Below, in pieces: positions 35,157 to 43,439 of a stretch of DNA of 64,000 nucleotides. Positions within the stretch are counted from its first letter, which is position 1, and the number at the start of each line of letters is the position of its first letter. Source of the stretch: Bacteroidota bacterium (GTDB taxonomy: Bacteria > Bacteroidota > Bacteroidia > Chitinophagales > Chitinophagaceae); contig JBEHZB010000006.1 in the NCBI GenBank assembly GCA_048497855.1, positions 108,153 to 172,152 on the forward strand, in the 5' to 3' direction. Both the position numbers and the translations under genes were made by a program. The notes below the pieces were generated by a model. It was not told where the DNA came from, made no database searches, and saw nothing but the letters and a program-made list of their open reading frames with translations.

Positions 35157-35208
35157 TCACCACAGAGAAATGGAGAAGCAAAGTTTTCGCAGAGATGCTC
35201 TGTGGTGA
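35157..35208. repeat. GC-rich word hairpin tcaccacagag / ctctgtggtga
   Basis: Perfect 11-nt arms with a 30-nt loop, starting 5 nt after the stop of 34439..35152. Confidence 0.65.
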
Positions 35209-35229
35209 CTAAAGTTTATCCTCAAATAA

Positions 35230-35262
35230 AAAAGCCGTTCGCCAGCTGGCGAACGGCTTTGG
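35230..35262. terminator. bidirectional intrinsic terminator between convergent genes
   Basis: gccgttcgccag/ctggcgaacggc is a perfect 12-bp palindrome (35234-35257) flanked by A5 and T3. Confidence 0.7.
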
Positions 35263-35280
35263 AACAAATAATATGTTGAA

Positions 35281-35835
35281 TTATGCAACAGCTTTTTTAA
35301 CTGCATAATTTTGATACAGGTAATAAGCACCGAATAAAATACCACTGTAAAGCAACGCTGCTATCAAACCGGTTTTTAAGAAGGGTAAACCTGCAGCCAG
35401 GCATTTAATATAACCATCAAAAGTTTGAGGATAAGTGTGGTAAACATGATTATCCAATACAAAATAAGAAGTATTAGACAACAGGTAGAACAGCACCGCA
35501 GAAAAAACGGCATACCCTGCAACAGTAAGTACATTGATCTTTTTAAGCGTGAATGCAATGATGGTGATTAAAGCAAAGATGCCGTAACCTACCAATTGAC
35601 CCCAGCCCCAGAAACCTTGTGCTACATGAAATACTTCGAACATTACATCGCTCAAGAACATAGATATGATCGGCAATGCAAAGGCCAGTCGTTTATCTTT
35701 TATAATGGCGCCGCCAAAGATGGCCATGCCGATCATCGGGCTGAAATTATTAGGATAAAGTACAACCCTTGAAATGGCCGCTGCCAGTATAAGCAAAGCT
35801 GCTATTATAATAGAAGTAGTTTGTTGTTTTTGCAT
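35281..35835 (-). CDS. DUF6580-like integral membrane protein (putative ECF-S-like transporter component)
   Basis: 184-aa ORF with about 5 TM segments. The N-terminal pattern SRVVLYPNNFSPMIGMAIFGGAIIKDKRLAFALPIISMFLSD matches my recollection of the DUF6580 family. Confidence 0.55.
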   Translation of the reverse strand: MQKQQTTSIIIAALLILAAAISRVVLYPNNFSPMIGMAIFGGAIIKDKRLAFALPIISMFLSDVMFEVFHVAQGFWGWGQLVGYGIFALITIIAFTLKKINVLTVAGYAVFSAVLFYLLSNTSYFVLDNHVYHTYPQTFDGYIKCLAAGLPFLKTGLIAALLYSGILFGAYYLYQNYAVKKAVA

Positions 35836-35918
35836 GTTTTAGTTCTTTCGGCAAAAATAAGTAATAATTTTTGATTGATTTCTAAATTGTCAACCCGTTG
35901 TTAATTAGGGTATTCCAA

Positions 35919-35926
35919 TAACTTTG
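35919..35926 (+). promoter_or_regulatory. -7 box TAACTTTG ending 4 nt before the yraN ATG
   Basis: Exact TAnnTTTG match at 35919-35926. The ATG is at 35931. Confidence 0.35.
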
Positions 35927-35930
35927 AGGC

Positions 35931-36287
35931 ATGGCTGTACATAATCAAACGGGCAGTATGGGCGAGGCACTGGCGGCAACTTATTTTGCAGAAAGGGGCT
36001 ATAATCTACTGCACCAGAACTGGCGGCATTCGCATTGGGAAGTGGATATCATTGCATCGAAAGATGGTGTGCTGCATTTCATTGAAGTAAAGACCAGGCG
36101 GACAAAAAAATTTGGCCATCCTGAAGATGGCGCCGATAAAAAGAAGATACGCAACCTTATCAATGCGGCTGAAGAATACTTGTATCAATACCCTGAATGG
36201 AAGCGGATACAGTTTGATATACTTTCGATAACGATCATTAAAGGAGGGCTTGCTGAATATTTTTTGATCGAAGATGTGTATCTCTGA
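35931..36287 (+). CDS. yraN: YraN family (UPF0102) endonuclease-like protein
   Basis: 118-aa ORF. GEALAATYFAERGY..LHQNWR...EVDIIA...HFIEVKTR is the restriction-endonuclease-like core of YraN. Confidence 0.85.
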   Translation: MAVHNQTGSMGEALAATYFAERGYNLLHQNWRHSHWEVDIIASKDGVLHFIEVKTRRTKKFGHPEDGADKKKIRNLINAAEEYLYQYPEWKRIQFDILSITIIKGGLAEYFLIEDVYL

Positions 36288-36290
36288 AAA

Positions 36291-36378
36291 AGGAATTTGG
36301 AATTGGGATTTTGTTATTAGGTGATTGACCTGTTACATTATTCTCTTCATCCTAATCCCTAATTACCAATTACTAACT
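36291..36378. repeat. imperfect inverted word arrays (ggaattg/ttattag-type vs cctaatc/taattac-type) between convergent yraN and ykgJ-family genes
   Basis: The left array is aggaatttggaattgggattttgttattaggtgattg. The right array is cctaatccctaattaccaattactaact. They share the complementary words aattgg/ccaatt and attagg/cctaat. Confidence 0.55.
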
Positions 36379-36882
36379 CCTACCTCCCATCGCCGCCTGC
36401 ATCTTCTCCACCATTTTATACGTAGCAGGGCAATACTCAATGTTCTGCTTGTGCACGTGCATATAATCTACCATCTTCCTTCTTGGCAAATGTGGAAAGC
36501 CTGAACAATCTAAAGGACGTATCTCGTAAATAGAACACTTATTGTCGGTAAGATTGAGGAACTGGCAAGGCTGCTTCTTATTCTGCCAGTCTTTATCCTT
36601 CTTTTCATAGATAAGCCATTTATCCATGAACTCTTTCGGCGTTTGATTGAAGTGTGCCGATATTCGTTTAATATCCTGTTTGGTATAAGTAGGCGTCATT
36701 GTTTTACAACAGTTGGCGCAGGTAAGGCAGTCTACTTCTTTCCATACTTCCGGTTCCAAAGCGGCGGTTATTTTATCTAACCCTCGCGGCGGTGCTTTTT
36801 CCAGTTTGGTAAGAAACCGCTTCATCGACCTTGCTGTAAGTTTCACTTTTCTTTTAAATGACCGGAGATTGATTGCCTGCAT
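36373..36882 (-). CDS. YkgJ family cysteine-cluster protein (UPF0153)
   Basis: 169-aa ORF with CLTCANCC plus downstream C..C..C pattern (PCQFL..NKCSIYEIRPLDC). Confidence 0.8.
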   Translation of the reverse strand: MQAINLRSFKRKVKLTARSMKRFLTKLEKAPPRGLDKITAALEPEVWKEVDCLTCANCCKTMTPTYTKQDIKRISAHFNQTPKEFMDKWLIYEKKDKDWQNKKQPCQFLNLTDNKCSIYEIRPLDCSGFPHLPRRKMVDYMHVHKQNIEYCPATYKMVEKMQAAMGGRS

Positions 36883-36967
36883 GTTGTTTATTGATGACTA
36901 TTAACGAAATTTAAGCCGCTAAAATAATGTATAATCAGATTGAATAATCAAAACGTGGATAATCATC

Positions 36968-37867
36968 ATGTGGGAGCCGTATAAAAAAGGATTCAAATCG
37001 TGGCTGCAACTGGAAAAATCGCTGGCCGATAATTCTGTTGAAGCATACCTCCGTGATATCGACAAGCTTACGGAATACCTGCTTACCGTTGATGATAAGA
37101 AAACGCCGCAACTGGTAGAACTGAAAGATCTTGAAAAATTTGTACAATGGGTGGCCGAACTGGGCATGACACCTGCATCGCAGGCAAGGATCATTTCGGG
37201 ACTGAAAAGTTTTTTTAAATATTGTTTGATCGAACAGGTAACCACAACTGATCCAACATTTTTACTGGAAGCGCCCAAGCTTAAGCGGGCATTGCCCGAT
37301 GTGCTGAGCTTTACAGAGATAGAGAATATCATTGCGCAAATAGACCTTAGCACTCCTGAAGGCGGCAGGAACAAAGCTATACTGGAAACTATGTACAGCT
37401 GTGGCCTGCGTGTTAGCGAACTGGTAAACCTGCGCATAAGCTGCCTGTACCTGGATGTAGGCTTTGTTCGTGTGATTGGCAAGGGCGATAAGGAAAGACT
37501 GGTGCCCATTGGCAGCGATGCCATTAAGTACATCAACATCTATAAGAATGACATCCGGGTGCATATTGATATAAAACCCGGGCAGGAAGATATTTTATTT
37601 TTAAACAGAAGAGGAAGCAAGCTTAGCCGGGTGATGATCTTTTTGATATTAAAAGCACTGGCTAAAAAAGCGGGTATCGTTAAAAGTATCTCGCCGCATA
37701 CCTTTCGGCATTCTTTTGCTACACACCTCGTAGAAGGCGGCGCCGACCTGAGAGCTGTACAGGAAATGCTGGGCCATGAAAGTATTACCACTACAGAAAT
37801 ATACACTCACCTTGATAGGGATTTCTTACGTACTACGTTACAACAGTTTCATCCTGCATTTAAATAA
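36968..37867 (+). CDS. xerD: site-specific tyrosine recombinase XerD
   Basis: 299-aa ORF with an N-terminal SAM-like core-binding domain and catalytic RHSFATHL..GADLRAVQEMLGHESITTTEIYTH with the terminal Tyr. Confidence 0.9.
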   Translation: MWEPYKKGFKSWLQLEKSLADNSVEAYLRDIDKLTEYLLTVDDKKTPQLVELKDLEKFVQWVAELGMTPASQARIISGLKSFFKYCLIEQVTTTDPTFLLEAPKLKRALPDVLSFTEIENIIAQIDLSTPEGGRNKAILETMYSCGLRVSELVNLRISCLYLDVGFVRVIGKGDKERLVPIGSDAIKYINIYKNDIRVHIDIKPGQEDILFLNRRGSKLSRVMIFLILKALAKKAGIVKSISPHTFRHSFATHLVEGGADLRAVQEMLGHESITTTEIYTHLDRDFLRTTLQQFHPAFK

Positions 37868-38014
37868 AAAAGTGCCGGAACGCTCAACCCTATTCCGACA
37901 CCTACCCAAAACCAGTGCGATATGTAAAAAGAAAGAAATCGAAAAAAACCGGCCAGATGCTCCTGTTTGAAACTATCGTAAGGCAGTCATCATGACCGGC
38001 GTAAACAACCATCA

Positions 38015-39406
38015 CTATTGAACTATGAAACTACTGCTGTTAGTAAGCGTATTGTTTTCATCGAGCACCCAAACATAATATACCCCGCTACTCCACCTGC
38101 TGTCGCTTTCTATAACCTGTTGCTGCTCCTTTACTGCAGCATTGTATTTCCTTTCCAAAAGAACCGCACCTGCAACACTGGTAACCCGTATTGTGTAGTT
38201 ACCTGTTTGCTTCAGTTTGAATGAAAGTGTGATGGCATTGCCCTTTGGTATAGGGTTAGGGTAAAGTTTTACCGTGTTTGGTTTTTCAATATCATTTGCC
38301 TCTTTGGTATTTTGCTTACCGCTATAAATAGTAAGCCCGGAACTTTTACAATAAAGTGTGGTACTCGTTACGGTCATTTGCCCCACCAGCCTTTTGTGGT
38401 ATTCACCGCTAACTTTTACAGTATCTAACACCATATAAGCAGCCTGCTTTTTTGATGTCATAACAATAGCGCCGTTGCTGCCTTGCGGTCCAAATAAAGC
38501 AGCACCGGATGGACCATTAAGAATCATGATATCTTGCAGATCATTGGGATCGATGTCCTTGTTATCAGGAAGGATAGTTCCGTCTAAAACATAGATCGGC
38601 TTTTTATCCAGGTTACTATAGCTTATTCCTCCCAGCCTTACAATAGTTTTCGTTTGAGGTATTTCTTTCTTCGTTAAATAAACTTCTTTGCTTGTTTTTC
38701 TACCCTCAAAATCAGTTTCGCTCATGGTAAACTCATTATTGTTATAACCTTCTGCGCTTACTTTTATAAAATAGGTTTCATTGGCTTTTATCTTTTTTAT
38801 TTTGCGCTTTCCGCTCTTATCTGTTAAAACGGTTTCTGTTTTACTGTCATCGTAATTTTTTATGATGATAGAAGCATTGCTGATGGGCTTGTTTGTTTTG
38901 TCATCTTTTACAATAAGCGTAGCAGTACGTAATGGCATCACTACTATTGGTATATTCACTGTTGTAAAACTCAATCCTCCTACAGCGCCATAAAAATGCT
39001 GAGATAAATTTGCAGGTTCTTTTACTGCATTGACGATAGAATCTTTTTTTTGAGGCAGCTTTTTAATGGGCGCTGTCTCAATGATCTTCATTGCTCCCTG
39101 CGCTTTTGTTTGCGATGATTTGGAAAAGAAAAGCAGGAACAAAGCAAGGTAGTTCCAATACCATTTCTTCTTTTTGATCGGCTCCGGCGCTGTCATTGTC
39201 CTGTTCAGCTGATCGGGATAAACCCTGCCACAAACTTTTTCGCTAGTAAGTTTAGAGAAGTAGAGCACCATCTGTGCATCACTCATGGCGCTAAAGTCAA
39301 CTACTTCTTTGCAACATGCTTTGCAGAAACGCCCCTGCTCCGTTGGGGACATATTATCCCAGTTCTCGTGGCAAGGTTCCGGTATTGATACCATTAATTG
39401 TTTCAT
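38015..39406 (-). CDS. Zn-ribbon-like N-domain / TM / CarboxypepD_reg + plug-like fragment / T9SS type-A C-terminal sorting domain protein
   Basis: 463-aa ORF. The N-terminus is IPEPCHENW..GRFCKACCKEVVDFSAMSD. A hydrophobic segment ends in ..KAQ at about residues 85-105. It also has a CarboxypepD_reg-like domain, a SusC-plug-like motif (PIYVLDG..LQDIMILNGPSGAALFGPQGSNGAIVMTSKK) and a Por-type tail (KLYPNP...VYYVWV...FIVQ). Paralog of 39419..40444. Confidence 0.7.
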   Translation of the reverse strand: MKQLMVSIPEPCHENWDNMSPTEQGRFCKACCKEVVDFSAMSDAQMVLYFSKLTSEKVCGRVYPDQLNRTMTAPEPIKKKKWYWNYLALFLLFFSKSSQTKAQGAMKIIETAPIKKLPQKKDSIVNAVKEPANLSQHFYGAVGGLSFTTVNIPIVVMPLRTATLIVKDDKTNKPISNASIIIKNYDDSKTETVLTDKSGKRKIKKIKANETYFIKVSAEGYNNNEFTMSETDFEGRKTSKEVYLTKKEIPQTKTIVRLGGISYSNLDKKPIYVLDGTILPDNKDIDPNDLQDIMILNGPSGAALFGPQGSNGAIVMTSKKQAAYMVLDTVKVSGEYHKRLVGQMTVTSTTLYCKSSGLTIYSGKQNTKEANDIEKPNTVKLYPNPIPKGNAITLSFKLKQTGNYTIRVTSVAGAVLLERKYNAAVKEQQQVIESDSRWSSGVYYVWVLDENNTLTNSSSFIVQ

Positions 39407-39418
39407 CGCAGTTTCGGT

Positions 39419-40444
39419 TTATTGAACCAGCAACTTGCCGGTTACTTTCTTGTTAAGGGATGCATTGGTTAACTCAATTACATAAAGCCCGGCCATTTTT
39501 GTATAAACCGCAGAAATAGAGCTTGTTTGATCTGCTGATGAAATGGTAATTAGATCGGTTAACAATAGCTTCCCTGCTGAATTGTAGAGGTTCATTTGCC
39601 ATTGCCCCAATGCAAGATCTTTTAGCTGCATCTTTACTTCCTGCAATACCGGTGCTGGATTGGGAAAGATGCTCAGCTTTGGTTCTACAGCCACCGGCTT
39701 TACACAAACAGGTGTTTCTTTCTTTTTGAACAGATTAAAAACGGGCTTTCTTCTTTTTACTTTCGTTATTACCACTGCACCTCCCAACCATCCTGTCATA
39801 TCATGTCCTTTTAACTGTACCAGTAAACTATCGTTACTAACCTGGCGGTTAAGAGATACTTCTTTTAAAGTATAACCTACGGCACTAAAAACAAGTGTAT
39901 CATATTGGGAACTGGTAACAGTTATCCTGAAAGCTCCGTTGGCATCGCAGGATTGGCCATACTTGCCGTTCTTTATATAAACAGATGCAAAAGGTATAGC
40001 ATTGCCGTCAGTATCTGTTACCCTGCCTTTGATAACCCTGCTATCAGCGATCATCTTACCCAGCACCATGCTTCCCTGTCCTTCATTCACTTTAGTAGCG
40101 GGCCCGCAAACGATATTATCTTTTGCAGGCTTTACCTGTGCCGATGTTTTGGCAGAAAATATAAGAAAAGCAACTGCCATATTCCAGGCATAGCGAAACA
40201 CATTTCTTTTACGCCCTGGTTGTTCTGTTATATCTCTACCCAACTGATCGGGAGAAAATTTACCACATAAGTTCTTGCTGCCGCCAGCTATATACTTCAA
40301 TATTTCAGCATCATTCATGTTGCTAAAATCGATCACTGTCTTTTGGCAACTCAAACAAAACCTTCCTTTTTCTTCCGGCAACATTGCATGCCAGTTTTCA
40401 TGGCAAGGTGTCGGGATAGAGATTTGCATTTGTTTCATAAGCAA
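39419..40444 (-). CDS. Zn-ribbon-like N-domain / TM / CarboxypepD_reg / T9SS type-A C-terminal sorting domain protein
   Basis: 341-aa ORF. The N-terminus is IPTPCHENW..GRFCLSCQKTVIDFSNMND, followed by hydrophobic segment AVAFLIFSAKTSAQ. It also has a CarboxypepD_reg-like domain (IKGRVTDTDGNAIPFASVYIKN) and a Por-type tail (SIFPNP...GLYVIEL...KLLVQ). Alternative starts exist at Met3/Met6. Confidence 0.7.
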   Translation of the reverse strand: MLMKQMQISIPTPCHENWHAMLPEEKGRFCLSCQKTVIDFSNMNDAEILKYIAGGSKNLCGKFSPDQLGRDITEQPGRKRNVFRYAWNMAVAFLIFSAKTSAQVKPAKDNIVCGPATKVNEGQGSMVLGKMIADSRVIKGRVTDTDGNAIPFASVYIKNGKYGQSCDANGAFRITVTSSQYDTLVFSAVGYTLKEVSLNRQVSNDSLLVQLKGHDMTGWLGGAVVITKVKRRKPVFNLFKKKETPVCVKPVAVEPKLSIFPNPAPVLQEVKMQLKDLALGQWQMNLYNSAGKLLLTDLITISSADQTSSISAVYTKMAGLYVIELTNASLNKKVTGKLLVQ

Positions 40445-40455
40445 TATTTTAAAAC

Positions 40456-42477
40456 TTATTTAGTGGCTGATAACTCTTCTTCGTCTTCGTCCTTTTCTAT
40501 TGTATTTCTTTTTATCCTGTCGGCTTTTTTAGCAAGCGTTGTAGCTTTTTGTACCAGCTGTAAAAATTCTTTGCGGTAACCTTCACTATCAGCCCCGATA
40601 GCATTTTGCGCCAGGCTGATCACATTTTTATAGGTGGCCTGCTGTTTAAAAGAAGAATTGCGCAGCAACATACCAAACTCTGCAACAGAAGATGCGAAAC
40701 GATAATTAGCTGAAGTATTTTGCAGTTCCATTTTAGTATCTGTTACCGGCACTTCCATTAATTTACTAACAGCGCCGTCGGGTTGTTTGTATCTTAATTT
40801 CACCGTCATCAATTCTTTGCTGAATGCAGATGGCGAGAATTTTTCTTCCTGCTGATATTTAAGTGTATCAGCACGTTTTAAGAAATCAGAATTTTCACCA
40901 ACCGGTATGATCTCGTACAATGCTGTTACGGTATGGCCACTGCCCATTTCACCGGCATCTTTTTTATCATCATTAAAATCTTCTTTGTTCAGCATCCTGT
41001 TCTCATACCCTATCAGTCGATATCCTTGTACCAATGCGGGGTTAAATTCTATCTGCAGTTTTACATCTTTGGCTATAGTAAATAAGGTGCCGCCAAATTC
41101 ATTCACCAGTACTTTTTTAGCTTCGCTCAGCTGATCGATATAAGCATGGTTGCCATTGCCTTTATCGGCCAGTTTCTGCATCTTGGCATCCTGGTAGTTA
41201 CCCATGCCAAATCCTAATACAGTTAAGAACACACCGCTCTCCCTTTCTTTCTCTATCATTCTTTCCAGTTCATCATCGCTGCTTATGCCTACATTAAAAT
41301 CGCCATCAGTACAAAGTATCACGCGGTTATTGCCATTCTTTATAAAATTTTCTTTGGCAGTTTTATAAGCCAGCTGGATACCTGCACCACCTGCGGTTGA
41401 GCCGCCTGCTTCCAAAGCATCAATGGCATCTTTTATCTTTTGCTTTTGCATACCATTTGTTGATGGCAATACCAAACCTGCGTTGCCTGCATAAACACAC
41501 AAACTTACCTTATCATTTTCCCTTAACTGGTCAACCAGTAATTTTAACGATTGTTTTAACAAGGGTAATTTTTCTTCGCTGTACATCGATCCTGAAACAT
41601 CGATCAGGAAAACAATATTTGCCGAAGGAAGACTTTGTACAGGAATCAATTTACCCTGCAATCCTATCAAAGCCAGGCGGTGATTGGCATTCCAGGGACA
41701 GGCACTGATCTCTGTATTTACAGAAAAAGGATCATTGCCTTTTGGCTGCGGATATTCATACTTGAAATAATTTACCATCTCTTCTATTCGTATGGCACCT
41801 GCGGGCGGTAATTGACCTTCATTTAAAAAGCGGCGCATATTGCTGTACGAAGCTGCATCCACATCGATAGAAAAAGTGGAAAGCGGATTATCCGTTACTT
41901 TTTGAAAAGCATTTTCTGTTATGTAATCGTACCCTTCACGATTCATGTCCTGTGAGTAAAGACTACTCAACCCATTCTCTCCCCTCAAACGTATTGTACC
42001 TTCCTGATTAACTACAGGCGTGGTGGTAGCTGTATGTACCTGTATGCCATTTGCAGTTTTATTAACATTCGCCTGGCGGATAGCATTCAATTGCTGGGCG
42101 CTTACACTCCGTACACTCGATGAAACACTTCTTGCTTTTCGCTGTACGGCATAACCTGTTACTACTACTTCTTTTAATGTATTATCCGTTTTTTCCAGTA
42201 CAACAGTGACCGTTTTTAATGTACCAACATTTACCTGTACCTGTTTAAAACCTGTGCCTGCCACTTCTATTATATCGTTATCCTCTACCCTTATAGTAAA
42301 AACACCGCTGACATCTGCGCTGACAGCAATGCGGCTTCCTCTTATATTTACGGAAGCAAAAGGCACCGGGTTACCATCTTTGTCAGTAACCCTTCCCGTT
42401 ATGACGTGAGTATCTAAAGTTGTAAAAGAAAGCAGTGCAACTACTGCCAGTGTAAATATTAAAATGACCTTCTGCAT
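40456..42477 (-). CDS. von Willebrand factor type A domain protein (YfbK-like: CarboxypepD_reg + VWA-N + VWA + DUF3520-like C-domain)
   Basis: 673-aa ORF with a signal peptide and CarboxypepD_reg (ITGRVTDKDGNPVPFASVNIRG). The block LSTFSIDVDAASYSNMRRFL is typical of YfbK-type proteins. It has a VWA MIDAS motif (FLIDVSGSM ... T..G) and an acidic C-terminal tail. Confidence 0.85.
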   Translation of the reverse strand: MQKVILIFTLAVVALLSFTTLDTHVITGRVTDKDGNPVPFASVNIRGSRIAVSADVSGVFTIRVEDNDIIEVAGTGFKQVQVNVGTLKTVTVVLEKTDNTLKEVVVTGYAVQRKARSVSSSVRSVSAQQLNAIRQANVNKTANGIQVHTATTTPVVNQEGTIRLRGENGLSSLYSQDMNREGYDYITENAFQKVTDNPLSTFSIDVDAASYSNMRRFLNEGQLPPAGAIRIEEMVNYFKYEYPQPKGNDPFSVNTEISACPWNANHRLALIGLQGKLIPVQSLPSANIVFLIDVSGSMYSEEKLPLLKQSLKLLVDQLRENDKVSLCVYAGNAGLVLPSTNGMQKQKIKDAIDALEAGGSTAGGAGIQLAYKTAKENFIKNGNNRVILCTDGDFNVGISSDDELERMIEKERESGVFLTVLGFGMGNYQDAKMQKLADKGNGNHAYIDQLSEAKKVLVNEFGGTLFTIAKDVKLQIEFNPALVQGYRLIGYENRMLNKEDFNDDKKDAGEMGSGHTVTALYEIIPVGENSDFLKRADTLKYQQEEKFSPSAFSKELMTVKLRYKQPDGAVSKLMEVPVTDTKMELQNTSANYRFASSVAEFGMLLRNSSFKQQATYKNVISLAQNAIGADSEGYRKEFLQLVQKATTLAKKADRIKRNTIEKDEDEEELSATK

Positions 42478-42563
42478 AACAAATTGATTTGTTATACAGA
42501 TGCAGTACTAAAAAAAATTACACAATTAAAAAGAGAAAGATTTTTTTGCAGAGAAAATAACCA

Positions 42564-43358
42564 TTATTTTCCATCCAGCATTACTTCCGATTGCTGAAAA
42601 GAAACAGCATCGGTATAAACCGTATTGGTAACTTTTTTACGATAATTTTTAAAGATACTTTGCCAGCGTAATTTCAATACACCTAGTATGCCTTCTTTAA
42701 CAATGCCTTTATTCATTTTACTGGCACCGAGCTTGCGGTCCTTAAAAGTAATAGGCACTTCTTTTATTTTGAAACCCAGTTTCCATGCAGCAAATTTCAT
42801 TTCTATCTGGAAAGCATAGCCAACAAAACTTATCCCATCAAGGTTGATGGATTCCAGCACTTCTTTTCGATAACAAACAAACCCTGCAGTGGGATCTTTA
42901 ATCGGCATCCAAGTTATTATCCTGGTATATAAGGATGCACCTTTGGATAAAGCAATACGGTCTGTCGGCCAGTTCTCTACAGCGCCGCCTTTTACATACC
43001 TTGACCCAACGGCAACACCAGCGCCCGCTTTACAGGCTTCATACAATCGTTCAAGATCAGCAGGATTGTGGGAGAAATCGGCATCCATTTCAAAAATAAA
43101 ACGATACCCTTTGCTTATTGCCCATTTAAAACCGTGGATATAGGCAGTACCTAATCCCAGTTTACCCATACGTTCTTCTAAAAATAACTGGCCGGGATAT
43201 TTGGCAAATAATTCCTTTACAATGTTGGCGGTATTATCCGGAGAGTTGTCATCTATAATAAGAACATGATAGCCTTGCTTCAAATTCATTACGGCACCGA
43301 TTATACTTTCGATGTTTTCCTTTTCATTATAGGTAGGTATGATTACGATTTTTTCCAA
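42564..43358 (-). CDS. polyprenol-phosphate mannosyl/glycosyltransferase, GT2 (Dpm1/GtrB-like)
   Basis: 264-aa ORF with IIPTYNEKENI, IIDDNSPD and EMDADFSH (DxD region), typical of dolichyl/polyprenyl-phosphate beta-glycosyltransferases. Confidence 0.8.
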   Translation of the reverse strand: MEKIVIIPTYNEKENIESIIGAVMNLKQGYHVLIIDDNSPDNTANIVKELFAKYPGQLFLEERMGKLGLGTAYIHGFKWAISKGYRFIFEMDADFSHNPADLERLYEACKAGAGVAVGSRYVKGGAVENWPTDRIALSKGASLYTRIITWMPIKDPTAGFVCYRKEVLESINLDGISFVGYAFQIEMKFAAWKLGFKIKEVPITFKDRKLGASKMNKGIVKEGILGVLKLRWQSIFKNYRKKVTNTVYTDAVSFQQSEVMLDGK

Positions 43359-43439
43359 TAGACTGACCTGGTTTCTTATATATCAAATTTACGATAATTT
43401 ACGTAAAGCCTTATCAACATGTTCTCTACACCATTCCAT

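Noticed and set aside
36919-37539. 206-aa ORF antisense to xerD
   Set aside because: It lies entirely within and opposite the strongly supported XerD CDS. The S/L/R-rich composition is typical of antisense frames, and it has no motifs.
36968-37867. Tyrosine recombinase as marker of an integrated mobile element
   Set aside because: Its length, motifs and context (yraN and ykgJ-family neighbours, no att repeats, no cargo genes) fit chromosomal XerD, not a phage or ICE integrase.
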